DNA of 63,249 nucleotides, filler included, from Phoronis australis (taxonomy: Eukaryota > Animalia > Phoronida), in assembly GCA_002633005.1 (NCBI GenBank). It is 5 parts of 5 records of this genome, joined end to end, with 100 filler letters (N's around TTAATTAATTAA, not from the genome) between each part and the next. Parts side by side here need not be neighbours in the genome. Positions count along the whole stretch, not along the records: positions 1 to 16,982 come from NMRA01000011.1; positions 17,083 to 45,834 come from NMRA01001080.1; 3 more parts are not named here. One strand, given 5' to 3'. Below the pieces are notes generated by a model that searched no databases, was not told the origin of the DNA, and saw only the letters and a program-made list of their open reading frames with translations. Made by a program: the position numbers and the translations under genes. Positions 13,801 to 25,300 of this stretch are shown here, one piece after another. Numbering within the stretch: the stretch's first letter is position 1; each line of letters opens with the position of its first letter.

Positions 13801-16656
13801 CTACACTGGACCTGGTCACAGGCAACATCATGGGAATGTTGGTTTGTGGGAGAAATCTGCCCGTTTATTGCCCGTTTATAACTAGCTGTTTCCTTTGGAT
13901 AAACCAAAATTAGTACCTGCAACAAGTGCCATGCGGCTGACTCGCTCCAGAACAGTTTTCTGAAAATTGACTTTATATGTAGGTCAGAAACATGGATTAT
14001 GAATTAAAAAACAATTAAACCACACTTCAGTCAATAAAATGCAAATACTCACATTACCCACAACTGTTAGTTTTTGTGATAAAAAAACAGTGGTCTGATG
14101 TCATTTGCGGTGCATCAGACGTGCGCAGGCCTCATGGTTGGGCCCATTGCACAAAACACCTGTCTTTTGAGCAAAAGCACGAGACCCCAATAATGGCTCC
14201 TCGTGAAGAAAGTTTTCAAGTCTGCCAGTCTCCTTTAGGAAAACGGACAGACGTTTTTGAGATAGTTTGTATCAATTACTTTTAAGCTTTGAGGTGTTTA
14301 TAATTCCACGACTAAACCTTTATTTTGCAAATGTGAAGTGCGAGCGCAAGACCAATCTTTGACCTAAAAAGATACTTAAAAGTGACTTTTATGACAAAGA
14401 TTTAAGAATTCCTCCAGAATTTGATAACCAATGTGGCAAAACGGACTCACGCATTTTTTCACACCCGTACATGTACGACAGCAGTTTTTGATATACCGAG
14501 CAACACACTTGAATTTAGACTCCTAACTTGTAACAAGCTCTTGACTACATGTACCTTTCCAAAATCCGTTCTAGGACTGCAATCGAATTGTTGCACTCAT
14601 CCGTGCATGTATATTCACCATATCTGTGACAAATTCATAGATTGTGCAAGCCCATTGACACGTTCCGCTTCATTCACAAATGTCTGATTGATCCTAACAG
14701 GTTCATGTAATTGATTTGAACAGTATGTTTGACAAGACTAGTAAGCTATTCCACAGCACTCATGTGGGTCGGATCACCTATGATTTCCAATTTGACTTCA
14801 TTTGATTTTTTCACTGGTTTTGTATTGTAAGAAAAATGTGTTAGGTTGTAGAGGAGGCCACGTTTCTGCAAATCACATATATTCATTCGAAATGTTGAAC
14901 CACAGGGTAATGTCACCTGTGAGACCCATATAAGTATTTGAAGCCATGAGCCATTATGCAGTATGACTCGATGATGAAAACCACTTGTGACAGTGAGTTT
15001 TAGGCAATAATCACTTTCAGGGGTCCCGAATTTTGAGAACCTTTTTTCTCCACTGACTGATAACATACATCAAACTGGTTCTCAATATCCAATACATCTT
15101 TGACTATTGGCTTTTTCATTTTGTTTGATCAGTGGTATATTCAGCTAATATGAAATCTGATACAGGCGTTTATCAAGACCAGACCGTTACTTTTCCGCGT
15201 TCGTTGTCCGTGTGGCTGGTCTGCGTTGTTATTGCCGTATAACCATTATTACACTTGCTGGTAACATAGAGCTCTTGCCTGGAATGCCAACTCCGATCTC
15301 GCGGCCACTGAGGTGGCGCCGCGCATGCGTGAGAGTTGTTTGCATTCGTTTGAACAGGTGTGTGTACTTGCTATGGAACTAACTGTCATTAAAACTTTTC
15401 CAAACTCTGTCCTAAATTATCTGTTTCAGTTTCCCTCTGATGTATGGTGACGGGAAATTCTCGCATCCATTTTATTGTCTAGTACAACGAAAAAAAAATT
15501 GGCCTTGAAAGGCTATTCAAAGTCTTCCAATAGTAGAACTGTTGGTATCGTGAGTACTTTCAGCAATGCTACTACCACCCGACCACACAACAGCCGACCA
15601 TGATTAGCAGACGACGTACCTGCCGGAAATAAAACTTGATAATTTGGCCAGGTGTCGCTAGTGAATAATGACGTAACGGCTTTTGCGTAAGAGCACAGAT
15701 TTCGTCGGGCCATAGAAAATATACGGAGTTGGTGGTCCATGTACTATAGTCTATGCATAGGCCAAATGTAACGTCTCTGCGTACTGCAACGTGATTAAAC
15801 TTCCAACATGTCTTGTTAAAAACTCGTTGCATATAGTATAATAGGTTGTCGAAAGCACTCCTAAGACTGCAGCTGAAAAGCTATTAGACTGCGGGCCAAA
15901 CTACTCCCGCCATGCACCCAGGGCCACAGGTCGATGCTTGTAAAGAGTGACCAGTGTCAGTTCAATTTTGCCGAGAAATCGCTGATTGTATGGAGCCGTA
16001 CCTCGGGAGACTCGCCTGATGAACGATAATAACAAAATGAAAATGAAACAATGAAATTAGGCTTGATTTGATAACTACAGCTCTCGATCAAAACTCAGCA
16101 GTCGTGCAGGCAGCCGGAAATTCCCAGTGCAAACCTTTTGCGGCTAGTCTCGGGGTCGCAAGCTCTAACAATAGAATAAATAGGTCACGTGCAGGAGTTG
16201 GCATTCTTGGGATAGAACTCTATGATCGTAAGCAACAAGCCAGTTTACCGCTGTTTTTACATGTTCTCGGGCCCTGATTGATTTGTTTGTACCCCCAACG
16301 TAGGTACCGACGTGTGGAAGGTAATATACGCCTTACCTAACTGGATCCCGGGTACCTACGGCTGTTCTGGATACGCGTGTACCTGCCGTGACCACCATAC
16401 CTGGCTGGACACGCCTCTGCTCTTCAACATCGCTAAAGACCCGTCCGAGGTCAGTCCGCTCAACATCAACGACTCAACATACAAGAAGATTATTGAGACC
16501 ATACAGGAGGCCAAAGCACGACACGAAATGACCCTGACACCGGTTGAAAATCAGTTTGACTTGCAGAGAACGTTCTTCCGTCCATGGATGCAGCTGTGTT
16601 GCAATTTCCCGCGCTGCAGATGTAAAGACAAGAAATATCTCACAACGCTGTCGTAA
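4830..16656 (+). CDS. Steryl-sulfatase/arylsulfatase D-E-like membrane sulfatase (spliced; start codon not identified)
   Basis: Exons join in frame through GT-AG introns: 4830-5598, 7480-7602, 9579-10091, 10963-11154, 13381-13665, 16304-16656 (TAA). Motifs: [12 protein letters not shown], formylglycine motif [32 protein letters not shown], a two-helix hydrophobic hairpin typical of the STS/ARSD/ARSE group, SDNGG, EGGIRVP, and a Cys-rich C-terminus (CCNFPRCRC). The 5' boundary is a putative acceptor (ttttgcag, ending 4829). Confidence 0.9.
6805..7046. repeat. Minisatellite, unit about 21-29 bp (AGAGCCTGCTAGTTGTATCTAT)
   Basis: About 10 visible tandem units with length variants. Confidence 0.9.
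8432..8750. mobile_element. Degenerate foldback/MITE in a sulfatase intron
   Basis: AATACAGGTCTCGGGTTACCTTGGAG is inversely matched by CTCCAAGATAACCAGGACTTGTATT. An inner pair is TTCTGAATTC / GAATTCAGAA. Confidence 0.55.
12349..12534. repeat. Degenerate tandem repeat of about 64 bp, 3 copies
   Basis: TGGTCA..GTGAC(A/G)CA(G/A)CACT..GGCAGTATCTT..ACGAT recurs three times. Confidence 0.6.
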
Positions 16657-16982
16657 CGTCAGGACTGGGCTGCAAAAAACTTTAGAACTTGATATATCCA
16701 GAATAAACTGTGATTGTTCTATGTGGCCACTTGATTGTTCAACAATGGTCACGGGAAACCTTCTCATGCGACGTAATTCTTGTCCAGCAGCGGGTCCTGC
16801 TGCCTTCACTTTTTGAATACTACGTGCTTTCCTCTATTGCTCTTAATACTTGCTTTCTTGTTTCTAAAAGCAGAGATACGAAAAAACAGTCACACTTACC
16901 GCAACTCCCACCGACATTTCCAAATGTTTGCTTTCAAAAGGATACTAAACTCTGTCATGGTTTTGGCGGTTTCAGCTAATGC

Positions 16983-17082
16983 NNNNNNNNNNNNNNNNNN
17001 NNNNNNNNNNNNNNNNNNNNNNNNNNTTAATTAATTAANNNNNNNNNNNNNNNNNNNNNNNNNNNNNNNNNNNNNNNNNNNN
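16983..17082. other. Scaffold gap with artificial TTAATTAATTAA linker (also 45835-45934, 54625-54724, 58850-58949)
   Basis: Four identical 100-nt blocks (44 N, a 12-mer with stops in all six frames, 44 N). Confidence 0.97.
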
Positions 17083-18649
17083 AACTGGTGTATAGGATGT
17101 GCTTGTATTATGAAGATTACTCACATTTCGCCCCTAGCCTATTGAGGAGACAATGACCATGCCTTTCCATTTTGCAAAGTACAACATACTACATATATGC
17201 CCTCTACTGGCCACTTTATGGTACCAATAAACAACCCTAGAAGGATACCGTATACGGTGCAATTGTGGGCGCATTTCAACGCTCTGCGTTGCTCTTGTTT
17301 TAAGTTTGTAGGCAGATTTAGGAGGCCTAGTAGGCCTAAGCCCCTGTGCCGACAAGATAAAAAGAGAAAATATAGTTCGATCCCTTACGGCATCCTAGAC
17401 CCATCGGTGAATAATATGGTATCAATGGATACTTTTGATACGAGGTTTTATGTAATAAAATTCCCTTTCTCTTCCACATAGTGAAAATGGAAGAAACTTA
17501 GTATAATTATGTTTATTACTAAACTTGAATCAGTCATTCTGTCTCTTTGGAGGCTGGTGTGAATGGTGATGACCGTATGTAGCCTTACACCTAGTATGTG
17601 CCAGTTTGATGATATTTTGAAATCAGTTCACTGGTTCGCCTGAGACCTGAGTACCATCTGTTCAAATGCAATGCACTCTGTCTCACTACTGATTAGCAGC
17701 TCAGGTGTCTCGATGTCTCCTATTTTCATTACTTGGTTATTGAAAGCAACTCCTGAGATACTTTTTATATTATATGATGTCAGTCCTAGATTGTTGTATG
17801 TTTCAAGTGAGCTCAGTGATCCAGTTTTTTAACCATTTGTTATTGTGAAAAACTTCCACCTGTGTACAGTTATGTGCTGACTGGAGTCTTGTGGCGTCAA
17901 TCTACTCCTCCATGATTTCTTAATATACCAGCTCCCTTGACGTCATCAAGGCATCATTTGTGCTTTGTTCCGTCGCTAATTGTCTTCTTTAGCTAATTAT
18001 GTTCATTCTCTGGTCATGTGCATAACATGCAGATTAACACACAGAGCACATTTTGCAGACTGGGTTAGCTCAAGCTTTCATGTTGATTATTTGCTTGTGG
18101 ATGAAATGTCACGTATCTCCTCGCACCTTAGCCAGTCTTGATGCTGGGGAGTTTAGAACGATCCTTTTATTTTGGAAATGTGTCGGTAAAGAGCTCCCAG
18201 GCTTTTCTTAAGATTAAGTGGTGAGGCTTTCTATGGAAATTTGTAGTGCTGGCCACAGCGCCATCTGGAAAGCCCTTTAGAAACTCTGATTTTTGTGTTG
18301 GACTTCATCATGTATAATTCATCTTGAAAAGAATGCCACTTGTCTGCATGTTCTGTTCTGATAATTGCATAATGGTGTCAAGTGATGAATTGGAGATGTA
18401 TTATTGGCTCTTCATTGAGCAGGGACAAGAATTGAGAGAAATAGTGATGTCTTGTCCACATGGGAACTTATGGTGGGGCACTTTCTGAAGTTCCCAGTGT
18501 TGTGTCCATGGTACATAAAACGAGTTAAAGATATTGTGAAATATAGTTTCACTGCAATGTTTTTTGAAATGAGCAATAAAATGTCCTGAATTTTAAATGT
18601 TAGCTCATTCTTGTAAAGCTGAATTTTTGATAAATGTAAACAGATGTAT

Positions 18650-18690
18650 AGAGATAGATATATAGATTGATAGATAGATAGATAGATAAA
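18650..18690. repeat. (GATA)n microsatellite
   Basis: Visible GATA run. Confidence 0.8.
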
Positions 18691-19324
18691 GAGATTAGTG
18701 ATACAGATTGATGCGACTATGCCTTGGGCTTAATATACCATGAAACACACAATTCATGGAAAGAGACATAGCAGAAGTTTTTTAGTGACATTTGATTAGT
18801 TGAGTGGGAGGGGCTAGAATGTTGATAAGGTAATTCCTTCTTACTTGCAACCTAAAAGTATGAAATTTATGAGTTGGACTGATTTATTCTGAAACGAACT
18901 ACGCGAATGAAATTTTTTTGCGTGGTAGAGTGGGTGTTTCTACCTTCAGATAGTTCAGCAGTTGATATGAAATGGCTACATTTGGAACATCAAAGGCCAA
19001 CCCTATCAAAATGAATGTATATTTGATGCACATCTTATAAATGGTCGGTTTGGCATGGATTTTTTTCCATTGTGGTATGGAAAGATCTGAGGTACAGTTT
19101 ATGTGAATGAGTGATTTGTAATTTGACTTTTAGCTTGCCAGTTAGGAGAAGGAAAGGGTGCCCATGACCTTTTTATGTTTCAGGTGACTTGCTGGTTAAG
19201 CCAACAGGTGATATTTCAGTTACCAGTGTTGCTATGGTACCTTGTAGCGCGTCACAGCTTGACTCTTGACTATGATTAATCTACGTTCAATTATGAACTG
19301 ACTTTCTGTTTGTGCTTTTCAGTG

Positions 19325-22300
19325 ATGAAAGCTTTGAAGTGTCCGTTCTTGACCCGGGTGCCTAGCAGCCACCTCCGTCAGTATGCTCCTCAGTTGCTGG
19401 GTTACGCCAACCAGTGTCCAATCATGGGCCAGGTCGTCAAGTACTCCACTGTTCCTGCCCTGCAGGCATTGGAAGGCAAGTAGAGTTCAGGCTTTATACG
19501 ACAAAAGTCGGGTCACCTTTTGGGTGGAATTGTTTGGGGGGAGGGGGTACTCGTGAAACGTCTGTTGAAACAAATTAAAAAGGAAAGGGGTGCATTTTTC
19601 AACATTTGATACAAAGGTGGGCATTTTCCATAACTTTTAATTCCATTTATTTATGACTCTTAAGGACCAAAAATTTCTCATTTGTTTCCAAATTCTGGGC
19701 ATGACCACGCACACAGTTTGTAGTTTCATCAAAAGTCTTACATTCAACAGCTACTGAAAAATTTGTATTTTGAAAACACAGTACGGAGCATCGCTGGACA
19801 GAAGAAAACAAATGTGTCAAATAATTGACAGCAAGTCAGGGCAGCACAGCGAACAATTGATCGACTACACAATGAGCGAGTTCTTAATATGTGTATGACT
19901 CACTATTTGATATTATCACCCCACTGTCTGTGGCCTTATTTATTTAGGAGCAAAATAACTATTATCAGGCATGGTAGACGTTATTTGCTCCTGGTCTCTA
20001 AAGCCCTGTGAACCACTTTTTTTTCTTTTCAGGTTCTATTCAGGGATATAATTTAGTTGCAGACTCATGTCATTGTCTGTTAAAATCAAACCTGATTTTG
20101 TGTTTTTTTAATCACCATTGTACTGGTAAAATAGGCCAACATGCTCTAACAAATGCACACTGTAGTTTTTTTACAAAAACCTCAAATCCTCAAGTCTGTA
20201 GCTTCTCAAGCCTAGATGTATACCCCATCAAATCTGGACAAAGTAAAAGCAGATTGTCATGACAACGGCTCATTCAATGCGATATCTTAATGGTTTGCTC
20301 ACCTTGGATATTCCTGCTCATGTAGTGGAATGAGTATTTACTGCAGCAATTCGCAGCTTTTGCTTTTCTGAGCTGCATGCTTATTTTGACTCAATGATAG
20401 TTATATTGAGTTCTTAATTTTCACTATTTAAACACGTTTGCTTAAAGGCGAAGGCAACCTTTTTCCATGTCATTTTGAGCTAAAATAAGGTTGGTTGGTT
20501 ATCCTAGACATATTTTCCACTTAATTACAGCTTTTCGTATTTACATTAATTACTCGTCCACTACTCCGGAAGTGACGTTTTAGGAGGCAAGCATTTCGCG
20601 CCAATTTCTTTTCATATAGTCTGACTGTGAGAGCTGCCGAGTCAGTCATTNNNNNNNNNNNNNNNNNNNNNNNNNNNNNNNNNNNNNNNNNNNNNNNNNN
20701 NNNNNNNNNNNNNNNNNNNNNNNNNNNNNNNNNNNNNNNNNNNNNNNNNNNNNNNNNNNNNNNNNNNNNNNNNNNNNNNNNNNNNNNNNNNNNNNNNNNN
20801 NNNNNNNNNNNNNNNNNNNNNNNNNNNNNNNNNNNNNNNNNNNNNNNNNNNNNNNNNNNNNNNNNNNNNNNNNNNNNNNNNNNNNNNNNNNNNNNNNNNN
20901 NNNNNNNNNNNNNNNNNNNNNNNNNNNNNNNNNNNNNNNNNNNNNNNNNNNNNNNNNNNNNNNNNNNNNNNNNNNNNNNNNNNNNNNNNNNNNNNNNNNN
21001 NNNNNNNNNNNNNNNNNNNNNNNNNNNNNNNNNNNNNNNNNNNNNNNNNNNNNNNNTACTCGGGCTCAAACATGTACCCACCCACTGAATGTCCGTGAAA
21101 AAATTCCTCGTCACCACTGCTGTGAACAAGGTCTCCGTCACTCACACTACTGTCACTGTGATACGGGTCACCGACTCCAGCCATTTTCAGCTTACAACAC
21201 ACTAAACAATCCCTAAATCCAACGTAGTTGAGTTCTCTACTAACCTATCTTGCCGCAGAATACTCGCCGATGGAAAGTGGTGGCGACAATTGTTGAAAAA
21301 CAGCACAAAACAAAAGTAGAATAGAACAGATTCGCATGGTAAAGTCAACGCAAAACCAAGCGGCGGGAAACGCTTGCCTCCTAAAACGTCACTTCCGGAG
21401 TAGCGGACGAGTAATCTATAAAATTACGAAAAGCTGTAATTAAGTGGAAAATATGTCTAGGATAACCAACCAACTTTATTTTAGCTCAAAATGACATGGA
21501 AAAAGGTTGCCTTCGCCTTTAAACGAATGAATATACCAAGTCCTCAAACCAAACAGCCAACAACCTATGTGCTATCACCCTTAAACACATGAATATACCA
21601 AGTCCTCAAACCAAACAGCCAACAACCTATGTGCTATCACCCTTAAACACATGAATATACCAAGTCCTCAAACTAAACAGCCAACAACCTATGTGTTATC
21701 GCCATTGAATGTTGTCACTGGCTTTCTAATTTGTGCACCAATGTGTACTTCTTGTTAAGACTTTCCAATTGTGTTTCAGAACTGCCCAATGCTGACAAGT
21801 GTGAGTTCATGAAGGACAAGGGTAAGAATGTTAAGGGGTGTGAATTAGTTTAGAATTTAGTTGTCAATAGATGGAGCTATAAGCTGGAGGAAGTTCTAAT
21901 TTTGGTATGCCAATTGTGTTGATAATAGAGGGTTTTATCAGCTGGAATGGTGATCTTACTGTCACTAGTAATTCAATCATAGATTGCTCAATGGTCGAGG
22001 TAATGTAACCATGAAGGTGCAAAGTACATGATCAGATAGTTCATTGATTATTTCCAACTGGCGACCATTGCCTCCTACTCTGTCAGATGTCATCGTTTTG
22101 CCCAGATAGCAAAATCACCGAAATGAGGTTTAGAAACCCCCTGCCGGGCTGTGTTCTGTAAAATAATTTTTTGCGAGTTGGCAAGATCGCTTAAGGTCAC
22201 AAAATCACACGAATGAAGAGCGAGCGTTTCTTGAGTAAGTGGGATTTACTAACATACACTTGCAAAATGGCTGCTATTGAAATGATTGGTTGGTAAGGTT

Positions 22301-25300
22301 GAATTTTTGAATAGAATTTATTGTTTGCATTCTCATAAGCAGATTTCTTGCCATGGGTATCTCTCAAGTGTTTGGCATTTACAGAACATGCCCCAAGCTT
22401 CTATTTTTAGGTTATGATGAACTTTTGGGTATTGTGCAGTTACGAGCATTACTTGGACAAAAATGGACACCAGAGACCAGAGGTCACTGATTTGCATAAT
22501 GCTGTTGATGTTTGCGGAAGAAATATCTGACGAAATTACTCTCGTAGGAGGTGTTCTTTACAGAACGCCTTTATCCTTGCCGGCTGAGTGAGAATGGTGG
22601 TCAACATGTGAATTTGCATGCTGAATTTTTATTAATTCGATTATATGTTTTATTTCAGCTGCTGCCAAAGCTGCGACACCAGTGCAAGCTAAGCCTACTG
22701 GTAAGTTTTTAATGCACAGTATTTCATATGAATTCATTTCTAAGAATTCTTACGAATGATGTGATTTAATCTAAATGTTTCACAAGAATCCACTGAGGCT
22801 ATTGGTACATTTTTTCATGTGTGGTCTGATTATGATAATTTATGTGATTTCTTATCATTGGGCAATCATAAATGATCAAAAGAGGTTTTCCATGAATTAT
22901 GACGAGACTGATATCTGACGGACGATCATTGGTCGTCAACCTGATATGAGTTTCGTATCAACCAAAATGGGGCGCATATTTAGCACAGTAAGATCAGATA
23001 TTTCATCTTAGGATTTGATAAAGCTGCGCTTCTTGTCCATTTGCATTTTTTATCTCGTATATACCCTGTATGTCCTTTGTGGCGAAATGATTTGTCCTGG
23101 ATTGTAGTGGTCTGTTGTGAGTTTTGGTTGTTGGGACAGCCATTTGGGAAAGACTATAGTTTCAAACTGAAAGACATTTCATCATTACAGGTTAAGGCTA
23201 CATTTCACCCTATGCACCTTGTTCACGCAGTCGCCATGTTAAAAGTGAGCCTCTTTTTAGGTTTTAAAAATATTGCATTCTGCGCTTAATAGCAGCGCAA
23301 AGCGTGATTTTTTCACATGCCTCATTATATTTATGTCTCAAATGCATTTTTTTAAACCTAAAAAGAGGCTTACTGCTAAAATGGCGATTGTGTGAATAAG
23401 GTCTATTTAGCGTTTTACTTTGTAAAATCAATCTCATAATAGGGTTCTATTTCCGTTACCAAAAAAAACAAAACCATCAACGACTTTTAGGAAATGCGTT
23501 TCAGTTTAATGAGGTTGACCCAAAAATTTCAAAAATGGTGCATGTAGGCATTGTGACTTGTGTTGGTGTCGCATGTATAGGCATTGCTTGTGACTTGTAT
23601 TGGTGGCTGATTTGGCTACAATAGTTAATATGAGTGTGGTTAGTCTTTTAAATTCTGCATTGTCATCTAAACAACAATGATTTGCCTCTTTAATGTCAAT
23701 TTTATCACAGTGTAGCATTATTGTTATGGCTGTGACTCGTAGCCTTGTGAAGTCACCCCCTACATTTGGTTGTGTATTATTCCAGTCGAGATGTCTAGTC
23801 CTCAGCTGGAGTCGCCCCGGCCAAGATCTAGCGTTCCAACCATGTCCGGTTTCCTTGACTCTGTAGTGGGTACGTTTGGCGGAGGATCGGGCAAAGGTAG
23901 GCAACTGTTTTGAGGGCTCATGTTTTTAGAGACAGGTTAAGTGTCCTTGTCTATGCTCCATTTAATCATAAGTTTAGCAAGAGAAGTGATGCCTTCTCGG
24001 GAAGATCAAAATTCATAAGCGAACAGTGAGTCTGTACAGCAGATGACATGCGATTTCTTGTCCATACACAATTTACTATAATATAGTAGTTGACTAATAA
24101 ATCGAGATGGACTAGGCTGATCAAATTCATTGAACAATTTCTAGTTTATAGTGCAAAAAAATCCCTAAGATTGCACTCCCACTTTGGATTTGCAGTGACT
24201 ATTGTCATGATTGTTTTGACCAGTAAGGTTTGAGTTAAAAAGAAATATTCTCCTTCTAGCGCCTGCCATGTTTGACTATGAAGCCTTTTACCACGACAAG
24301 ATTCTTCAGAAAAAGAAGGATTTCTCGTACCGCATTTTCCGCAAAGTGAAGCGCCGTGGCTCTGAGTTTCCTTTTGCAGAAGAGCATACTTACGACCCCA
24401 AGGACATCACGGTCTGGTGTAGCAATGACTACTTGGGGATGAGTTATCATCCTAAAGTTAGCGCTGCAATCAGGTGCGTCTATACAGATTGTATCACCAG
24501 TAGCACTTTCTGTCGCAGCACCAACAGCAAATTAGCAATGAAAGCATCAATAACACTATGGCCGCAGTTGGTTTCTGACAAAATATCTCACTTTGATCCC
24601 AACTCAACTTGGATTTTAAAAATCCTAGTATGGTACAGGCAAAAGTCAAAAGTACAAACAAAGATCAAAAAGTCAAGAGTATCAAGTCTGTTATGATATT
24701 AAATATATTATTCGTTATGTTAGTCTGGTGCTCATCCTAACAGGTTAAGGTTGGCTGCTTGTCTTCCCCAGTGATCGCTCTGCTGCTCTACCTAGTGGCC
24801 AACTGAAATTATTTCTTATTTACTTTTAATTGCAGTGAGGCTTTGTATAGGCATGGTGCCGGTGCTGGTGGAACACGTAACATCTCCGGAAACTCTCCAC
24901 TCCACGAAGAACTAGAGAGGGAGTTAGCAAGCCTGCATAAGAAGGAAGGCGCCCTGCTGTTCACTTCCTGCTTCGTGGCTAACGACTCGACACTGTTCAC
25001 CTTGGCCAAGACTCTTCCTGGTGAGTGGGTGAGCAGATGGTGAGAGAGGTTGGTTGAGAGAGGGCTCTGGTAGTTGATTGCAACTGTCCTAAGTTGTTTT
25101 ATCAAATTTGACTTCAATATCACGTGTGGATCCAGCGAGGGGTTACAGGAGTCAGGATCTGTCCTCTTTTCAATTTTTAGATTGCTGCGCTGTAGATTCC
25201 CCCTGTTGTCAGAACCCCCCCCCCTGTTTACAATCCTGGATCCACCATTCAATAGCAGATTCTAATACAAAACATGCTGTTGAGGTCCATATTGTCATGA

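Noticed and set aside
17027-17038. Recurring TTAATTAATTAA motif
   Set aside because: It is an artificial linker centred in fixed-length N gaps.
19314-19332. IRE-like CAGTGA hairpin (GCTTTTCAGTGATGAAAGC) at the ALAS start
   Set aside because: It lacks the C bulge plus 5-bp upper stem and straddles the splice acceptor, so it would not survive splicing. No canonical IRE was seen in the assembled upstream sequence; a non-coding first exon may be missing.
20521-21141. Long ORFs spanning the N run
   Set aside because: They are open only because the bases are undetermined.
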